From Schizochytrium sp. TIO01 (Eukaryota > Protista > Bigyra: Labyrinthulomycetes): DNA of 64,000 nucleotides. Shown here in pieces: positions 13,201-25,488 of this stretch (position 1 is the first letter of the stretch; every line of letters starts with the position of its first letter). The DNA is taken from contig SMSO01000031.1 of NCBI GenBank assembly GCA_004764695.1, forward strand, positions 4,006,436 to 4,070,435, written 5' to 3'. The position numbers were made by a program, and so were the translations under genes. The notes under the pieces are model-generated. The model was not told the origin of the DNA. It ran no database searches and saw nothing but the letters and a program-made list of their open reading frames with translations.

Positions 13201-16200
13201 TGTAAGAACTTTTCTATCCTCAAGTTCCCCAGTTCTTTTGCCGGCGAGGCTTACGATCCCACATAAGTCTAAGGCAACGAAAACCCCTCTTCTAAAGATC
13301 GCCATCAACTACTGCAATTAAATTCTCAGCTACTCGCCACAATAGGCGCGAAGTCCTGACCCAACGAAGTAGCCTGTTATTTAGAATTTCTGTTTGCGCT
13401 AGCTAGTTTCGCACTAGCATGGACCTGCTAGGCCGTGGGTAGGACTTGCTTGGAACGCTTAGCGAAATAGCCGCTGCAGTAAGTAGGAATTGCGAAGGAG
13501 CATTGCGATCAATTCGAGTGTCTATACAAACCTACATCACTAGGTACCTGGCTACCTGGCTTTCTAGCTAGCAACGAGAGGTTGTTTTGGCTTGAGTGTT
13601 TCCTGCCCACGCTGAAAAAGCAACCCATTGCCTGAGCGTGTGAGTGCTTTTTTACCGCTCCAATCGCAATCGCAATCTCACTCACCTACTTACTTACTTA
13701 CATACTTTGGCGCTCACCGCTTCTTAGGAAGGGATAATACCGATGTCATTGATGTATTTGTTTGTAACAAAGTGGAGGGGACCATGGAAGAGCTGGTAGT
13801 ACTACTGAGGTGAACTGCGGCGCTGTCAAGGCCTTTGAGGGCAATTTGAGTTGAGGCCAAGATGAACGAGGCCGTTGAGGCTGACGAGTGGGGAAGTTAA
13901 TCGAAAGCAGTGGCCCACGTGCGAATCAAGCGGGGATCTCCACCGTGCCTAATGGCAGGGAGTTAGAAATCCAAACACGACGAATCAAACGGCATTCTTT
14001 TTGTGGTCAATGGGTGATTTATTTATTTTTTAAAGGTCGACGAAGAAATTTTGGGCTCTTTAGTTATCTTAAGTTTGAGCGCAACATATGCTTTGAGTTT
14101 ATGACGATGTGCTGCAGTGGTGCTTACTGACACTGGTATACACTAAGTAACAAGACGGCTTTTGATAAGCAATAGCTAGCACCAGTTAGTTGGTGCATTG
14201 GCACGCAATAGTTTCGCAAACACGAGCAAACAAGCAGCCTCCTGGCCAGGATATATGCAAATCGTAAAGATCTTCATCGAATACTCACTGCCTCTATCTA
14301 GAAATTGCTCGTGCCTCTGAATCAGGGTCGTAGTAGGAGGAAGAGCAGACCTGCCCAACCTCGAGTTGCGCAAAGTTTCCCATTGCGATATTTGAGCAAG
14401 AGGTATGATTCTATTTTACTTTTTGCAAAATTAAAAAGGAATGGAGTTGCACACTCAACAATTGCACCTTGAGACTGAGCAACAAACACCCTCAAATGTA
14501 ATTAGAAGAAGCCCTAGTATGCTGCCTCTCTATTACTTATACGCCAACACGCCAATGCACACGCCATGCTCAACGAAAGAGTTTCGTGCCGTTCAACCTC
14601 TTACTATGATCAATCATCGAATGCGCATTGCTTTTGATGTCTCTCTGTTATGATAGAAGGAGCCACGGACTCGAGCACACACCAAGGGACCCTGGCACAC
14701 ACTTTTCTTGCACTGCCGCGCTGAGTGACTCGTGATAACAGTAGCTAGGGCTTCTAATGTGATCAGTAGCCCTCCGTGAAAGAAGAACTGGAAAGAAGCC
14801 ACTGCGATCTTTTATTAGTATTTACTACTGGTGCTTCCAATAAAATAGTTTCGCGAGTAGTTCCTTTTTAATATATAAATATATATATATTTATAATACT
14901 CTCTGATTCAGTAGCACCTGCTTAGTAGTGAACAAAAACTTTAAAACCTCTATAATACTGCCTATAGCCACGCTAACCATCCTGATCTTTGAATTACTTT
15001 TTTAATAACTTTTTTAAAATTTTAATATTTATATAACGCATTAAATATATATATATATAATTAAAGCAAATCGGCCAACTAGAGATAAGCAAATCTGAGG
15101 ATTCGAATTGGTTGCAAAGCTTGCTACTGCGTTGAAGGAGATTCAACAGGCTAGGTCGCTGAGTAACAAACAACCAATCATCATCCACCTGAATGAAGAA
15201 TCGAGTGAAAAAGACCAGGTAGAGCTTTCAGGGCTCACAGGTTTGTCACGGGTTATCAGTCAGAGAGGAAGCCCTAGGCCGCAGAGAGGGGACAATTCGT
15301 CTAGGTACCTATCTACCTACCTACCTACCTACCTTCTGTTGCGCATTTTATTTTTCTCGAGACAGCACATGCAGGTGGGCAAGTGCCGCCTTAAGCATAT
15401 ACACAACACGAGAGATGAACGAGACGCAGAGCAATGGCCGTGTCTCGTCTTCCGCCAGTTTTCGTGTGAAATAATCTCCAGGTAGTCGCTTGCAATGACA
15501 ACTGGGAGGATTGACAACAGCTTGGAACGCAAGAGCTCTCGCCGATTCCTATTACCATAGAGGTCGACGAGTGCTAATTAAACCTGAGGGCCATCTCGCA
15601 GCTGGAAGCGAAGTGGCCATGGCCAAGAGATAAGAGAGAGGAAGAGACTGCCCGCCTCCGCACGTGCACAAGGATTGCTTTCAAAGGACCGCCTTCATTC
15701 GCAATTGATTGATTGCTGCTGCTGGTTTGGCTAAAGAACATCGCAATTGGTTGACTGGTTGATTTGATTGCGGTGATCAATCAGCACATGGCCATCCGGT
15801 CCGTCACCAGTTGCATCGATGTTGCATGGAACATTCAAGACATCACGACCGAAGGCTGTCCAAGTCGATGGCCAGTTGCCGTGGTTTCTCGCGACTGACT
15901 TTAAGTGCCACAGCCACCAGTCGATACGCGGCTTGATCGCAAGAGCTGCGACGAAACGCAGAAGCACGGTGACTCTTCATGGTGCATCTTGATTGATGAA
16001 AGAGAGTCTACTTACTTCGGCCGTGCACGAATCTTTACTTTTGGCAATGTTAAGAGTGCAACCCAAATGGCCACGAGCCTTATCGAGCCAAGAACTTGGA
16101 GAAACGAGATTCCGCTGCGAAAGCCTTGAAATGAGTACTCATTCAAGCAGGCGCTGTCTCAAACAGGTTTTCGTAGGCCAACTTGTTCTGCTATGTCTGT

Positions 16201-17504
16201 ATTTTCACGTGTCTCAGTGGTTCTTCAAAATTTTGGTAGACCTGGCAAAGACTTGTCCTCGCAGCGAAGGTACACAAATCATTCAGTTCCTCAGGTGCTC
16301 AAGACAAAGGAAGAGAGTAGTATGCCTTATATAGTAGACACAAGGCGACGCCTGAGTCGTCACGATTCTGCGGCCTTCAAAGATTGCTGTCATACGAATA
16401 CTAGAACATAAAGTCATCAGTTTAGACTTTTCATTTCTTTTTCTTTTGTTTATAATTGCTTTTTCAATAATCTTTTTATAAAAGTAATCTTTCTTTCTAG
16501 AAATAGGGCCGAAGTGTTTATTGATGTTATAATATATTTATTTATTTATTTATTTATTTATTCATTCATTCATTCATTCATTCATTCATTTTAGTTCAGG
16601 TAGTAGATTCAGCAACCGGAGTGAGTGTGTCGAAGTGCAATAATTCATTGCTGAAGTTCGAGTTTTCATTTTAGAATTGCAATAAGAATTGCTGCAATAA
16701 GAATTGCAATAACAGGCAGGGAGGGCTTGAGAGACTTTGTTTGCTCGTTGTCAAGCTGATTTGCAAACCATCAACGACTCGGAGAATTCGATCTGATAGA
16801 GAGATTAGTTCAACCAAATCAGCCATGGCTCTATTCATCAACCAAACCGACCGCAGCCGAAGTGAAAACTGCGGAACCGCGTTGGTCGCCTTCAAAACTC
16901 GCGACCGGGGAATTGAAGCTCTTTTAACCGGATTGTTTTCAGCAGTGCCGTAGTATAGTACGCAGTATTCCAAAGGTGGTGGAAACGCCGAATTAATTCC
17001 TTCCTTTGGCCTTCGGCGCTTGAGCAGTTTCTCTCCATCACGAATCGGGCGAGCGAGCCCCAGAGCACCTCTGCCAGAGCCCCTCTGGGAGGCCTAAGGA
17101 GGGAAGAGCCCCAAGGCCAGAGTCTCAAGCACCCTCAGGGAACCAAGATATGCCAAGATCGAAGCATCAATGGCTCAAGACACCAGAAAACATCAGACTC
17201 CGTCTCGGCCCCAGGCAGAGAGAGGCTCTTCGAAGACGACCGTGATAGATAGAGACCCCTATAGATGTAGCTAGTAGCGAAAGTAGTTCCCCTCTCTCTC
17301 TCTTTCTCTCTTTCTTTCTTCTTTGTAGGCAACTTTTAGCACTGGAAACGCATACATTTAAGATCTCATGATGATGATAGTGTTAGTAGTAACTAAAATG
17401 GAAACTTCCCTCTCTTCTCTCCTCTGGCTTAGCGCTGCTAAAACAGAGGGGAAAAAATATACAGCAGAAGAAGAATAGACAAAGAGAAGCTCTGATGAGG
17501 TATC

Positions 17505-17758
17505 GTTTGTTTGTATTTGTTTGTTTGTTTCTAGTTGTTTGTGTGGAATTGTTTGTTTCTAATTGTTTGTTTCTAGTTGTTTGTTTCTAATTGTTTGTTT
17601 GTATTTGTTTGTTTCTAATTGTTTGTTTCTAATTGTTTGTTTCTAATTGTTTGTTTCTAATTGTTTGTTTCTAGTTAATTGTTTGTTTCTAGTTGTTTGT
17701 TTCTAATTGTTTGTTTCTAACTGTTTGTTTATAATTGTTTGTTTATAATTGTTTGTTT
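17505..17758. repeat. 14-bp minisatellite (TTGTTTGTTTCTAA/G), about 18 copies
   Basis: Directly visible tandem array with variants (CTAG, CTAA, ATAA, GTAT). Confidence 0.95.
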
Positions 17759-18799
17759 GAGAAAGGCATGAGGTATCTCGACTACAGAGGTTTCAAGAGC
17801 GCTCTGTAGGACAGAGATTCGAAGAGGCGAGGCGAGGTGAGGCTAGGCCAGGACAAATCGCGCCGTTCCCAGACAGCGAAGACGGTGCTTGTGGAGGGAG
17901 GGAGGCAGCGCAGAACCAGACAGACTGACTACTAACAGACAGACTGCCTTGGAGTTGAACGGGAATGTGGAAGAGGTCCATTTCTCCCAGGCTTCTTCCG
18001 CAGATGCTGCTTTAGTGAGCAATTTGAGGCGATGGGATGTGCCAAGAGAGAGGCGTGGTAGTTCTCGCGATCATGATGACCTTCTCTGCGGTTACCAGCG
18101 AGCAGGAAGGTACGAGGTACTGAAAACACAAAGCCTTGCACGCTCGAGACGAAGTTGAACCACGTGGAGGAGCCCCTTGGACAGGCACAGGCAGGCACAG
18201 GCGGTAGGTCGCCTGCCTTCCGCTTGAAGTCGAGCAGCGAGCGGCGAAGAGCTCCCGAGGCTTGCTGCCGGTGATGCTGTGCCTGCCTTCAGCGACTCCG
18301 AAAGTGCAGGATGAAGTTCTTGAGGATGTCTGGAGAGAAGAAGCTGATGATGGTTGGGGCAGAAGCAGTCGCGTTGGGGCTGGCTGCCTGCTTTTGCAAA
18401 TAGATCCTCGTGCAAAATGAGAGGCATTCGTTCGAGTGTAGCAAATGTAGAAGATTGACAAATGAATTCGCAACGCGATTGCGTTCGCGTGCCTGGAAAT
18501 GTTGAGGAGAAAAACCAAGGTTTGTATATCCGTCTACTCACCTCTGAGGAGCTAGCTCCTTACAACGTGCGTGGACGAGCGACAGCCTCGTGGCTGCAGC
18601 GCTGAGCGGATAGCGGTTCACGCAAACTGTCGTCTCCGAACTCCAACCGCCCGTTGACGAGGCACGGAAAACGTGTTGCTAGACTGAGCGAGTTGAGTTA
18701 GCTGCAGCAAGCTGGGCCTTAGCCAGCTTACACAGATGCAAAGGCAGACCTTCTGCGCGGGAGCTTGCAAGAGCGTATCGCAAGAGGCCAGAAGTATGC

Positions 18800-18885
18800 A
18801 TTGATTGATCGATTGATCGATCGAATGATTGATAGATCGATTGACTGACTGACTGACTGACTGACTGACTGACTGACTGACTGAT
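18800..18885. repeat. Compound (GATT/GATC)n-(GACT)~10 microsatellite
   Basis: Directly visible. Confidence 0.9.
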
Positions 18886-20779
18886 TCAGGTCCCAAAAGA
18901 AAGTCTACTCCAAGGCAAGATCGAATTGCACATTTCTTAAGGGTTGGTAGAGAAAGCAGGAAACAAGAGGCAATTTGGACAGAGAGCGAGAAGACCGCTC
19001 CGTGCGGTGAGTTCATTAAACGGCAGCACGGACCTCAATTAAATCCATCTACATCTTTAGATGAGGCTGCTTCGCTGAAGCTGGTCCTTTTTCAGTGAAA
19101 TGCTGATGCTGTCACTTAGCATCCAACTCAAGTTTACCAAGGCAATCAGTAATAAATTCTCTGGGGCATCTGAGCAAAATTCTGGCGTGGGAGAAGAAAT
19201 AAAAGAAGAGGAAGTACAACTTGAAGAAGACTGAATTTGAAGATATGAAAACAGGCTATCATTAGGCTTCTCGGGCATTTGACTGAGCATTATCTGAATT
19301 TAAATCATTCAGAAAAAAAATAATTAAAAAAAAAAATCAACTTAAAATTCTAAACATGTTATTATCATTTGTTTGTCTACTTCTATTGCCGAAAAGAAAC
19401 GTGTCTATTAGGCTACCAAATGTTGGCCGAATTAGAATTTGAGAGGGATCAATTGTACTCGGCTCTTCAACAAAGATGCCGCAAAAAATAAAAATAAAAA
19501 ATGTGCTTGGCGTTTTTTCATTTATTCAATTCGTACGGATAGCAAGAATTGCCTCTCCAGCAACTCTTTCAATTTTGCCTGCCTGCTTATTGCAGGCTAA
19601 TAGCAGCATCTGAAGGCTGAGTGATCTTTAAATTTACATGGCTTCGCATTCTAGGTTTTATTATATTAATATAAAAGGTACATGTACAATACGCGATCGA
19701 ACCAGGACTTCGAGGGAATCAGTGCAGTACCCTGGAAGTGCATTTTTAAATCCTCTATTTCCACATGTGATTACACTGGCTCGACCTCTCTGTACCAGAA
19801 TATTGAGGTTAGCGTATTAGACATCAATCACCAAGGCATGCATTTGTTTTTGCATAAAATGTCGTTGTTTTATAATTTGTTTTGTTTTCCCTGTGAAAAT
19901 CTCTAACCCAGCGATCACAAGTTTCTTTAATATGAATATCTACGCATTTCTCCATGCCTGATCGTGAAGCAATTGACATCAGAGCAGATATATAGCACAA
20001 CTTAAATGAAATCACCATCTTTTTTCGGCAATCTGATAACAGCGATATTTGCATTTTTTTAAATTTAAATTAAACCTGAAACAAATATAAATTAGGAGAG
20101 CTTCATATTGCTGACTTAGACTATAACGTATTGTTTTGATGAAAGTTGGCACGGACATATAGCCAGCAAATCTTTCGGTAAGCTAGTCGATGGAAAAGAA
20201 TCTAAACTCTCTCCAAAGCCTTGTAACACCTTGATAGAATCTTGTGAATAAAAAATCGCTCTCGTTCTCAATTAGCTCTCTTCATCTTTTGCCTTCACAC
20301 GACAGACTCCATCCAAGATAGAACTTTCCTCATTGAGTTATAGAAGGATCTAGAAAGGTACTTTCTCCAAATGAGTTTCCTCTCTGTCTCTTTTTTTTCT
20401 CGAAAAGAAAATCTCAAGAAGAACGCTTTCTGGTCAAATAAAGCCAATCAGTGCAGCAGTCCAGCCTTTTACCAGGTATTACTATTTAATTTTAAACTAG
20501 CTGCCAAGTCAAACCCACTCGGACGAATCAGAAGTTTCCCGCATTCCTCTACTTGACCAGTAAACACAATGGGTAGCTAGTTAATGATTTCTAGTCCGCC
20601 AGTCTGAAGAGATTTTTAAGCAAGAACGCTTTTTTTATTTTCTCGAACGGTTTTAAACTTGATAGAATTACATATTGTTGAACCCAGAAACTCCAGCACA
20701 TCAATGTGCTTTTGTGTCTACTTACCCTTTCAATTGTGAAGCAATGATAAAGAAACTCGCGGTGGGAATTTAATATTAT

Positions 20780-22700
20780 CTAAACTCTTCTCTGCATTGT
20801 CAGAATCTGAGTGACAAGAACGCTATCTTGCCCACAGAACCATGGATCCTGTATCCTGGTACTTTCATTTATGTGCTAAGTACTTTGATATAAAGGACGG
20901 ATGAGACACTGCCACGCGTGTGAGTCTTTGGTATGCAGACTACTCTAAAGTGAATGCGTTTGATCGTTTACCTTATACATTTTCTATGGCGATTGCTAAA
21001 CTGTCGTTTGGCATTCTTGAAAGGCTGATTAGATGGCTTTTCCGAATGTGTAGATCTTATCGCAAACCTGGGTATATTCAAAAAGGTTCCCGCAGAAATC
21101 TCCACTTAGTAAAGAAGCGTGCTTTAATGACATACCAAGTGCTGCATGTGGTTCCAAACAGGGGTGAAGATTATCAGTATTTATGTCAAACAGACAAAGT
21201 TTTCACAAACCTCTATGCTAGAGAGTTGGACCATAAATTATCTTGGTCAAGAACGGCAACATAAGAATCGAGCCTTGTATTGTTCTCAGTCAAGTTGATA
21301 AAGAAGAAGATGATGAGTTCTCAATATACTCAATACCTGGATTGGAACGACGAACTATCATATACCATGCAACAAACAGAAACTCCGGCAAAGACTCAGG
21401 CTTGGAACTGGTTAAAGCAAAGGGATCAAGATCTCCTCCGTAGACGAAGGGTCAATAATGATCGTCTCCTGGTTCATGCAGTACCCTAGAGAATACAATT
21501 GGGGTGAGGCAATGATCTCAACATGGAAGCCAAAGGGCGGCGCGGAGCGTAAACCAGTCGAGCAAATAAGCTGATCGTCTGAGATGTTCGTGCGAACAAA
21601 CTCGGATGGTACATTGTCGAGCTGGCATGTTGTTTAAACGGAAGCACCGCTGTAAGCTCAAGACGATGGATCTGAACACTGGCAAATTGCTGATGCGAGC
21701 TGCTAGTGCTTTTGTACAAAAGAGAAAAGGTCTTGCCGCCTGGCAAAGTGCTCGTGGTTGGGTCTAATCCCCTGTAAAAGAAACTCAGTAACTCTGAGCA
21801 TCCTTGCCTAACAAATGAACTCGATACTGGTTGGTGATTAGCGAGGTATCAAAGGGAAGCAGCAGGTTGCGAAATGCTGGCATCAGCGCCGGTGTTAATT
21901 AGATCGTAAGCTCCGGCTTGTCAACATCAATCGCTCCTGCTGCTTCTATCTAACCCCGTCAATATTCGGAAATGCAATACTCCAAGCGATAGCCATCAAA
22001 TTCATGTGAAGGCGCGCGGTGCATGCAGCGGTGATGTGCCAATTGTGGATTTGAGTCTCATAGACAATATTACCTGGGGTGCTGCGTTGCTCGTAAATTT
22101 GGCCCTAGTAGCCGCAGGCACCTCGGCCTGATCACTCATTCCATAGTTTGCTCAGAGAGTCAATGACTGAGCGCAAGTCTTCAATCCGCGATATGTCACG
22201 CACAGTAAAGATCAAACTGTCAGGCTTGCAGCCATTGCGAAGCCGAGCACGTGCGGTTTCTGACTGGGCAAAAAGCTTCTGGAGGATTGTTTTAAACTGT
22301 GTAAGGGCGACTGATAAAGAAGCGACCTGTTGATTGGCAAGGCAACGTCCATGGCTTGATCGTCTTGGTCTTGGCTATCTTCACTGATGCTGGTCATATT
22401 GCTGATCAACATCATGCGTGTCTTGTTTACTTTCTCGATGGTCCTGGACCATTACCCACGGCCAGTGATCACAACTGTCTTTTTGATCAGAGGCGCAGTA
22501 GCAAACCTCTGAAGGTTTTTGGCCAGAAGTAGCCGAATCGCGAGATCTAGGCAGGTAAGGCTGGTAACAATCGACTCGAAGCTGCTCTTGTTGCTGACGC
22601 ATGCCTGGTGCAGAAGCCGGCTGAGGCGTCTCAATTCAATTATGAGCGCGTCCGAATCAATCTCGTGTTTCTATACTGCTTGGCTGAATGACCGTGTTGA
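20780..22700 (-). pseudogene. Decayed protein-coding relic of unknown family
   Basis: Successive protein-like segments on the minus strand joined by single stops or frameshifts: KHEIDSDALIIELRRLSRLLHQ...ITGRG*WSRTIEKVNKTRMMLISN; ANQQVASLSVALTQFKTILQKLF...IEDLRSVIDSLSKLW; QLDNVPSEFVRTNISDDQLICS; PFVYGGDLDPFAL. Confidence 0.5.
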
Positions 22701-23414
22701 AACTCCGATCGGCGCTATGCTTCACTCAGCGGCAGAATTAGAGTTCTGCTCGAGCAAAACAAAACAAATTCACAAAACTAAAACAAACATAACAGAACAT
22801 TACAAAAGCATAACGAATCATCTGGGAAGAATAAATGTTGGGCTGCTGTCTCATCCTTCTCCAATGCGCAGTTTAATATTTGATTTGATTTGATTTGATT
22901 TGATTTAATTTAAAAAAAAGAAAAAAAAGCGCAAAGTCATGCTGCATTCTCATTTAGGTTCCTAGTTTTAAAAAAAGCCTGTACATTTTTATTTGAGCGG
23001 CTCGGAAACAAGGCCAGGTCTACGCAGATCTCACCTCGAGTATCCTGAATCATCAGCAATAAATTAGTTTTCTAATTCGACTTTGTAAAATTATAATACA
23101 TAGCACACAAATAAGAAGTAAGCGTCTGCAGCCATCCACAACAAAGTATTGGTCTGACAGTGCGTCTTGCGCAATGGAGGGCGCTGGTCAAGTCGGAAGC
23201 AGCCCCGAATATTGCAAAGATATTTATCCCTGAAAAAAAAAAAAAAACATGGTACTGGACTCCCCAATCTGCTGTGCAATCGTGGTCGTTTCAAACAACC
23301 GCCTCGGAACAACGCCTCTTGTTTCGAAAAAAGGGTGTGCCTAAGGCAACACTAAACATACGAGTCAATTGACTCTTAGATTGATCTGCAAAGAAATGCT
23401 AGTATCTTTCACAT

Positions 23415-24138
23415 CTGACCGATTTTACAAGGACTCGGCAAACAAATTGAGCTCAGCACACTGTCAGTGTCTGAGCTGCTATTATGATCAACCACCTGAT
23501 CGTCAGCTGGAGATCGAGAGACCTTTTTAAACTTGGCCGCTTGCTCAAAGGAAGACTTGCGTTTGAGGGTCTTGCAAGACATCCCCAGTTGAGATACTCT
23601 CTCGTCAATATCCCGTATAATTGTTTCGACCAGACTCTCTTAAGGTAACTTCTTAGTGCGAGCTGCTTTTTGCTGTCTAGAATTGGACTTTGGAACGATA
23701 TGATGTTGCTGGTCTTGACCGAGGCGCTGTGTTCTCAGTTACGCCCAGGCACGCTGCCGATCTGTTGCCCTGTGTGCTTGCTCTGGTGTGCATTTGCAGT
23801 GTTTGCCAACTGACCGATCAAATCATTACAATCAGCGGAACCATGGCTCTGATGCAAAAGCCCGTTCGCACGACTCACGTGATACTCGGATAGTTCTGTC
23901 GCTGCTGCCGCCGCCGCCACTCGAGTTCTGGCTGTTGTTGCTCACCGAAGTCAGGAGTACCGGGTGGATCAAGCAGTGGATCATCGCGACCGACTGCTCT
24001 TGTGCCGAGCCTGTAAAAGCGTGATCATTAAGAATTCGTTGCGCTATCAATGTAGAGCTCGCCTCGGCGCGATGACTTGGCAGGCTCTAGAGCAGCGACT
24101 CCAGAAGCTGCACCCTCTCTGCTGCTGCTGTTGCTCAT
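23415..24138 (-). pseudogene. Decayed small gene relic of unknown family
   Basis: ATG after an A-rich leader (AAACAAACAAGATG), then broken frames IAQRILNDHAF...VAMIHCLIHPVLL and ESLVETIIRDIDERVSQLGMSCKTLKRKSSFEQAAKFKKVSRSP...*. Confidence 0.4.
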
Positions 24139-24229
24139 CTTGTTTGTTTACTACTCTGCCCCCGCTCTCAAATTAAAATGAAAATCAATTAAAATGAAAA
24201 ATGCCAACATTAATGCCGACATAAACTAT

Positions 24230-24916
24230 TTATTCCGCACGAATAAAACTAAAGATTGGGTCGAACTGCTGATTGTCTTTCTCAAGTTGGGCCTCAGACG
24301 TAGCTACTTTCGAGATACCAAGTCAATCAAACGAACCGCCTCCGATTCGTCGATAACAAAGTTGCGTAACTCAACGTCGCTATGAGCAACCCCAAGAGCA
24401 TGAACCGCATCAAGCGCAGCGCGTGCCTTCTGCTTCATCGCCAAAGTGATCTTGCCATATATATGAAGCAAGAGACTTGCCATAATAGCTTACTGCCAAA
24501 ATCAAATCATTGATAACGTGCGGGCCGCCATAGAAATAAGACGGAGCATGCAAACCTCACACAGGACGCAACGCCTCGTATACTTGCATCTCATTCTCAA
24601 AGCTAGCGGTCGCCTCGGCAATGTACTCTTCAGAGTCGTTTTGGGGCGTCATCACCTTGACAATAACCTCAAGTCCACACGCTGTCGAACGTTGTGCAAA
24701 AGAATACTGCCCCTCAGAGTAAGTCTGAAGCACATCATAGAGGCTGCCATGATAAGGAAAATCCGCCATTTTGAACGGCAGACGATCCTGAAGCAACTTC
24801 AAACGATACGGCAGATCGTTAGTCTCGCTTGCACCAGATTTAGTTGCAGTTAGATCAGAATCAGCCGAATCAGAACTCGAGTCCTGCATGGACTCTGCTT
24901 CGCCAGTACCAGTCAT
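24230..24916 (-). pseudogene. Protein kinase-like pseudogene
   Basis: Manual reconstruction: EVIVKVM...FENEMQVYEALRPV*GLHAPSYFYGG...LILAVSYYGKSLAS / YGKITLAMKQKARAALDAVHALGVAHSDVELRNFVIDESEAVRLID / GISKVATSEAQLEKD...*. Lesions: TGA at 24557-24559, frameshift in the (AT)4 run 24457-24464, and a 1-nt loss in the DFG codons at ~24320. Confidence 0.85.
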
Positions 24917-25196
24917 AAATAGGTTACATTTATTTCTTCGAACAACAACAACTTGTAAAAAAATGAGGTACATAATATGGTAGTTAAGTTGGTTCGCAAA
25001 CAAAAAGTAGGAATAGCGTACTATTAGTCGGTATGGGATGAATATGGGATCAATTGATAGGCTTAGTTGCTAGTACGTGATCCAATAAGTAGCTGATCTC
25101 TCTGTTAAAAGAACAGAGTAGAAGAGAGTGGAGCCGAATAAAGTTGCAGCTCTCTGCGAAAAGCAAAACAGAAAAGGAGGAATAGAAAGGTTAAGT

Positions 25197-25310
25197 GATA
25201 GATAGCTCAGGTGTCTTTTTATTAATTTGTTATTCACTACTTTTTGTTTGTAGAACCAACTTAACTACCATATTAGATAGATAGCTCAGGTGTCTTTTTT
25301 TAATTTGTTA
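25197..25310. repeat. Duplicated ~35-bp element GATAGATAGCTCAGGTGTCTTTTT(A)TTAATTTGTTA
   Basis: Copies at 25197-25232 and 25276-25310, upstream of MGMT. Confidence 0.9.
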
Positions 25311-25488
25311 CTTATTACAGATGCGATAGTAAGAAAAGAAAATGTGATAACAAGAAAAGTTTATTTCTGCGACTTGTGATAGGAGGTAGATGTGATGTTT
25401 AGCACGCTTGCGGAACGAACGCCAAACCCCTCTACGCGACCAAGGTTCTTTCTTCAGAACAAACCAACATTCGTACAGATCTTGCTGC

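Noticed and set aside
19690-19740. GGTTCGATC (minus strand) tRNA T-loop-like word; also GGTTCAATCC at ~30889
   Set aside because: The T-stem and acceptor stem do not pair; no cloverleaf.
24557-24559. TGA read-through or alternative genetic code for the kinase
   Set aside because: Two further frameshifts hit the same domain, so decay is the simpler explanation.
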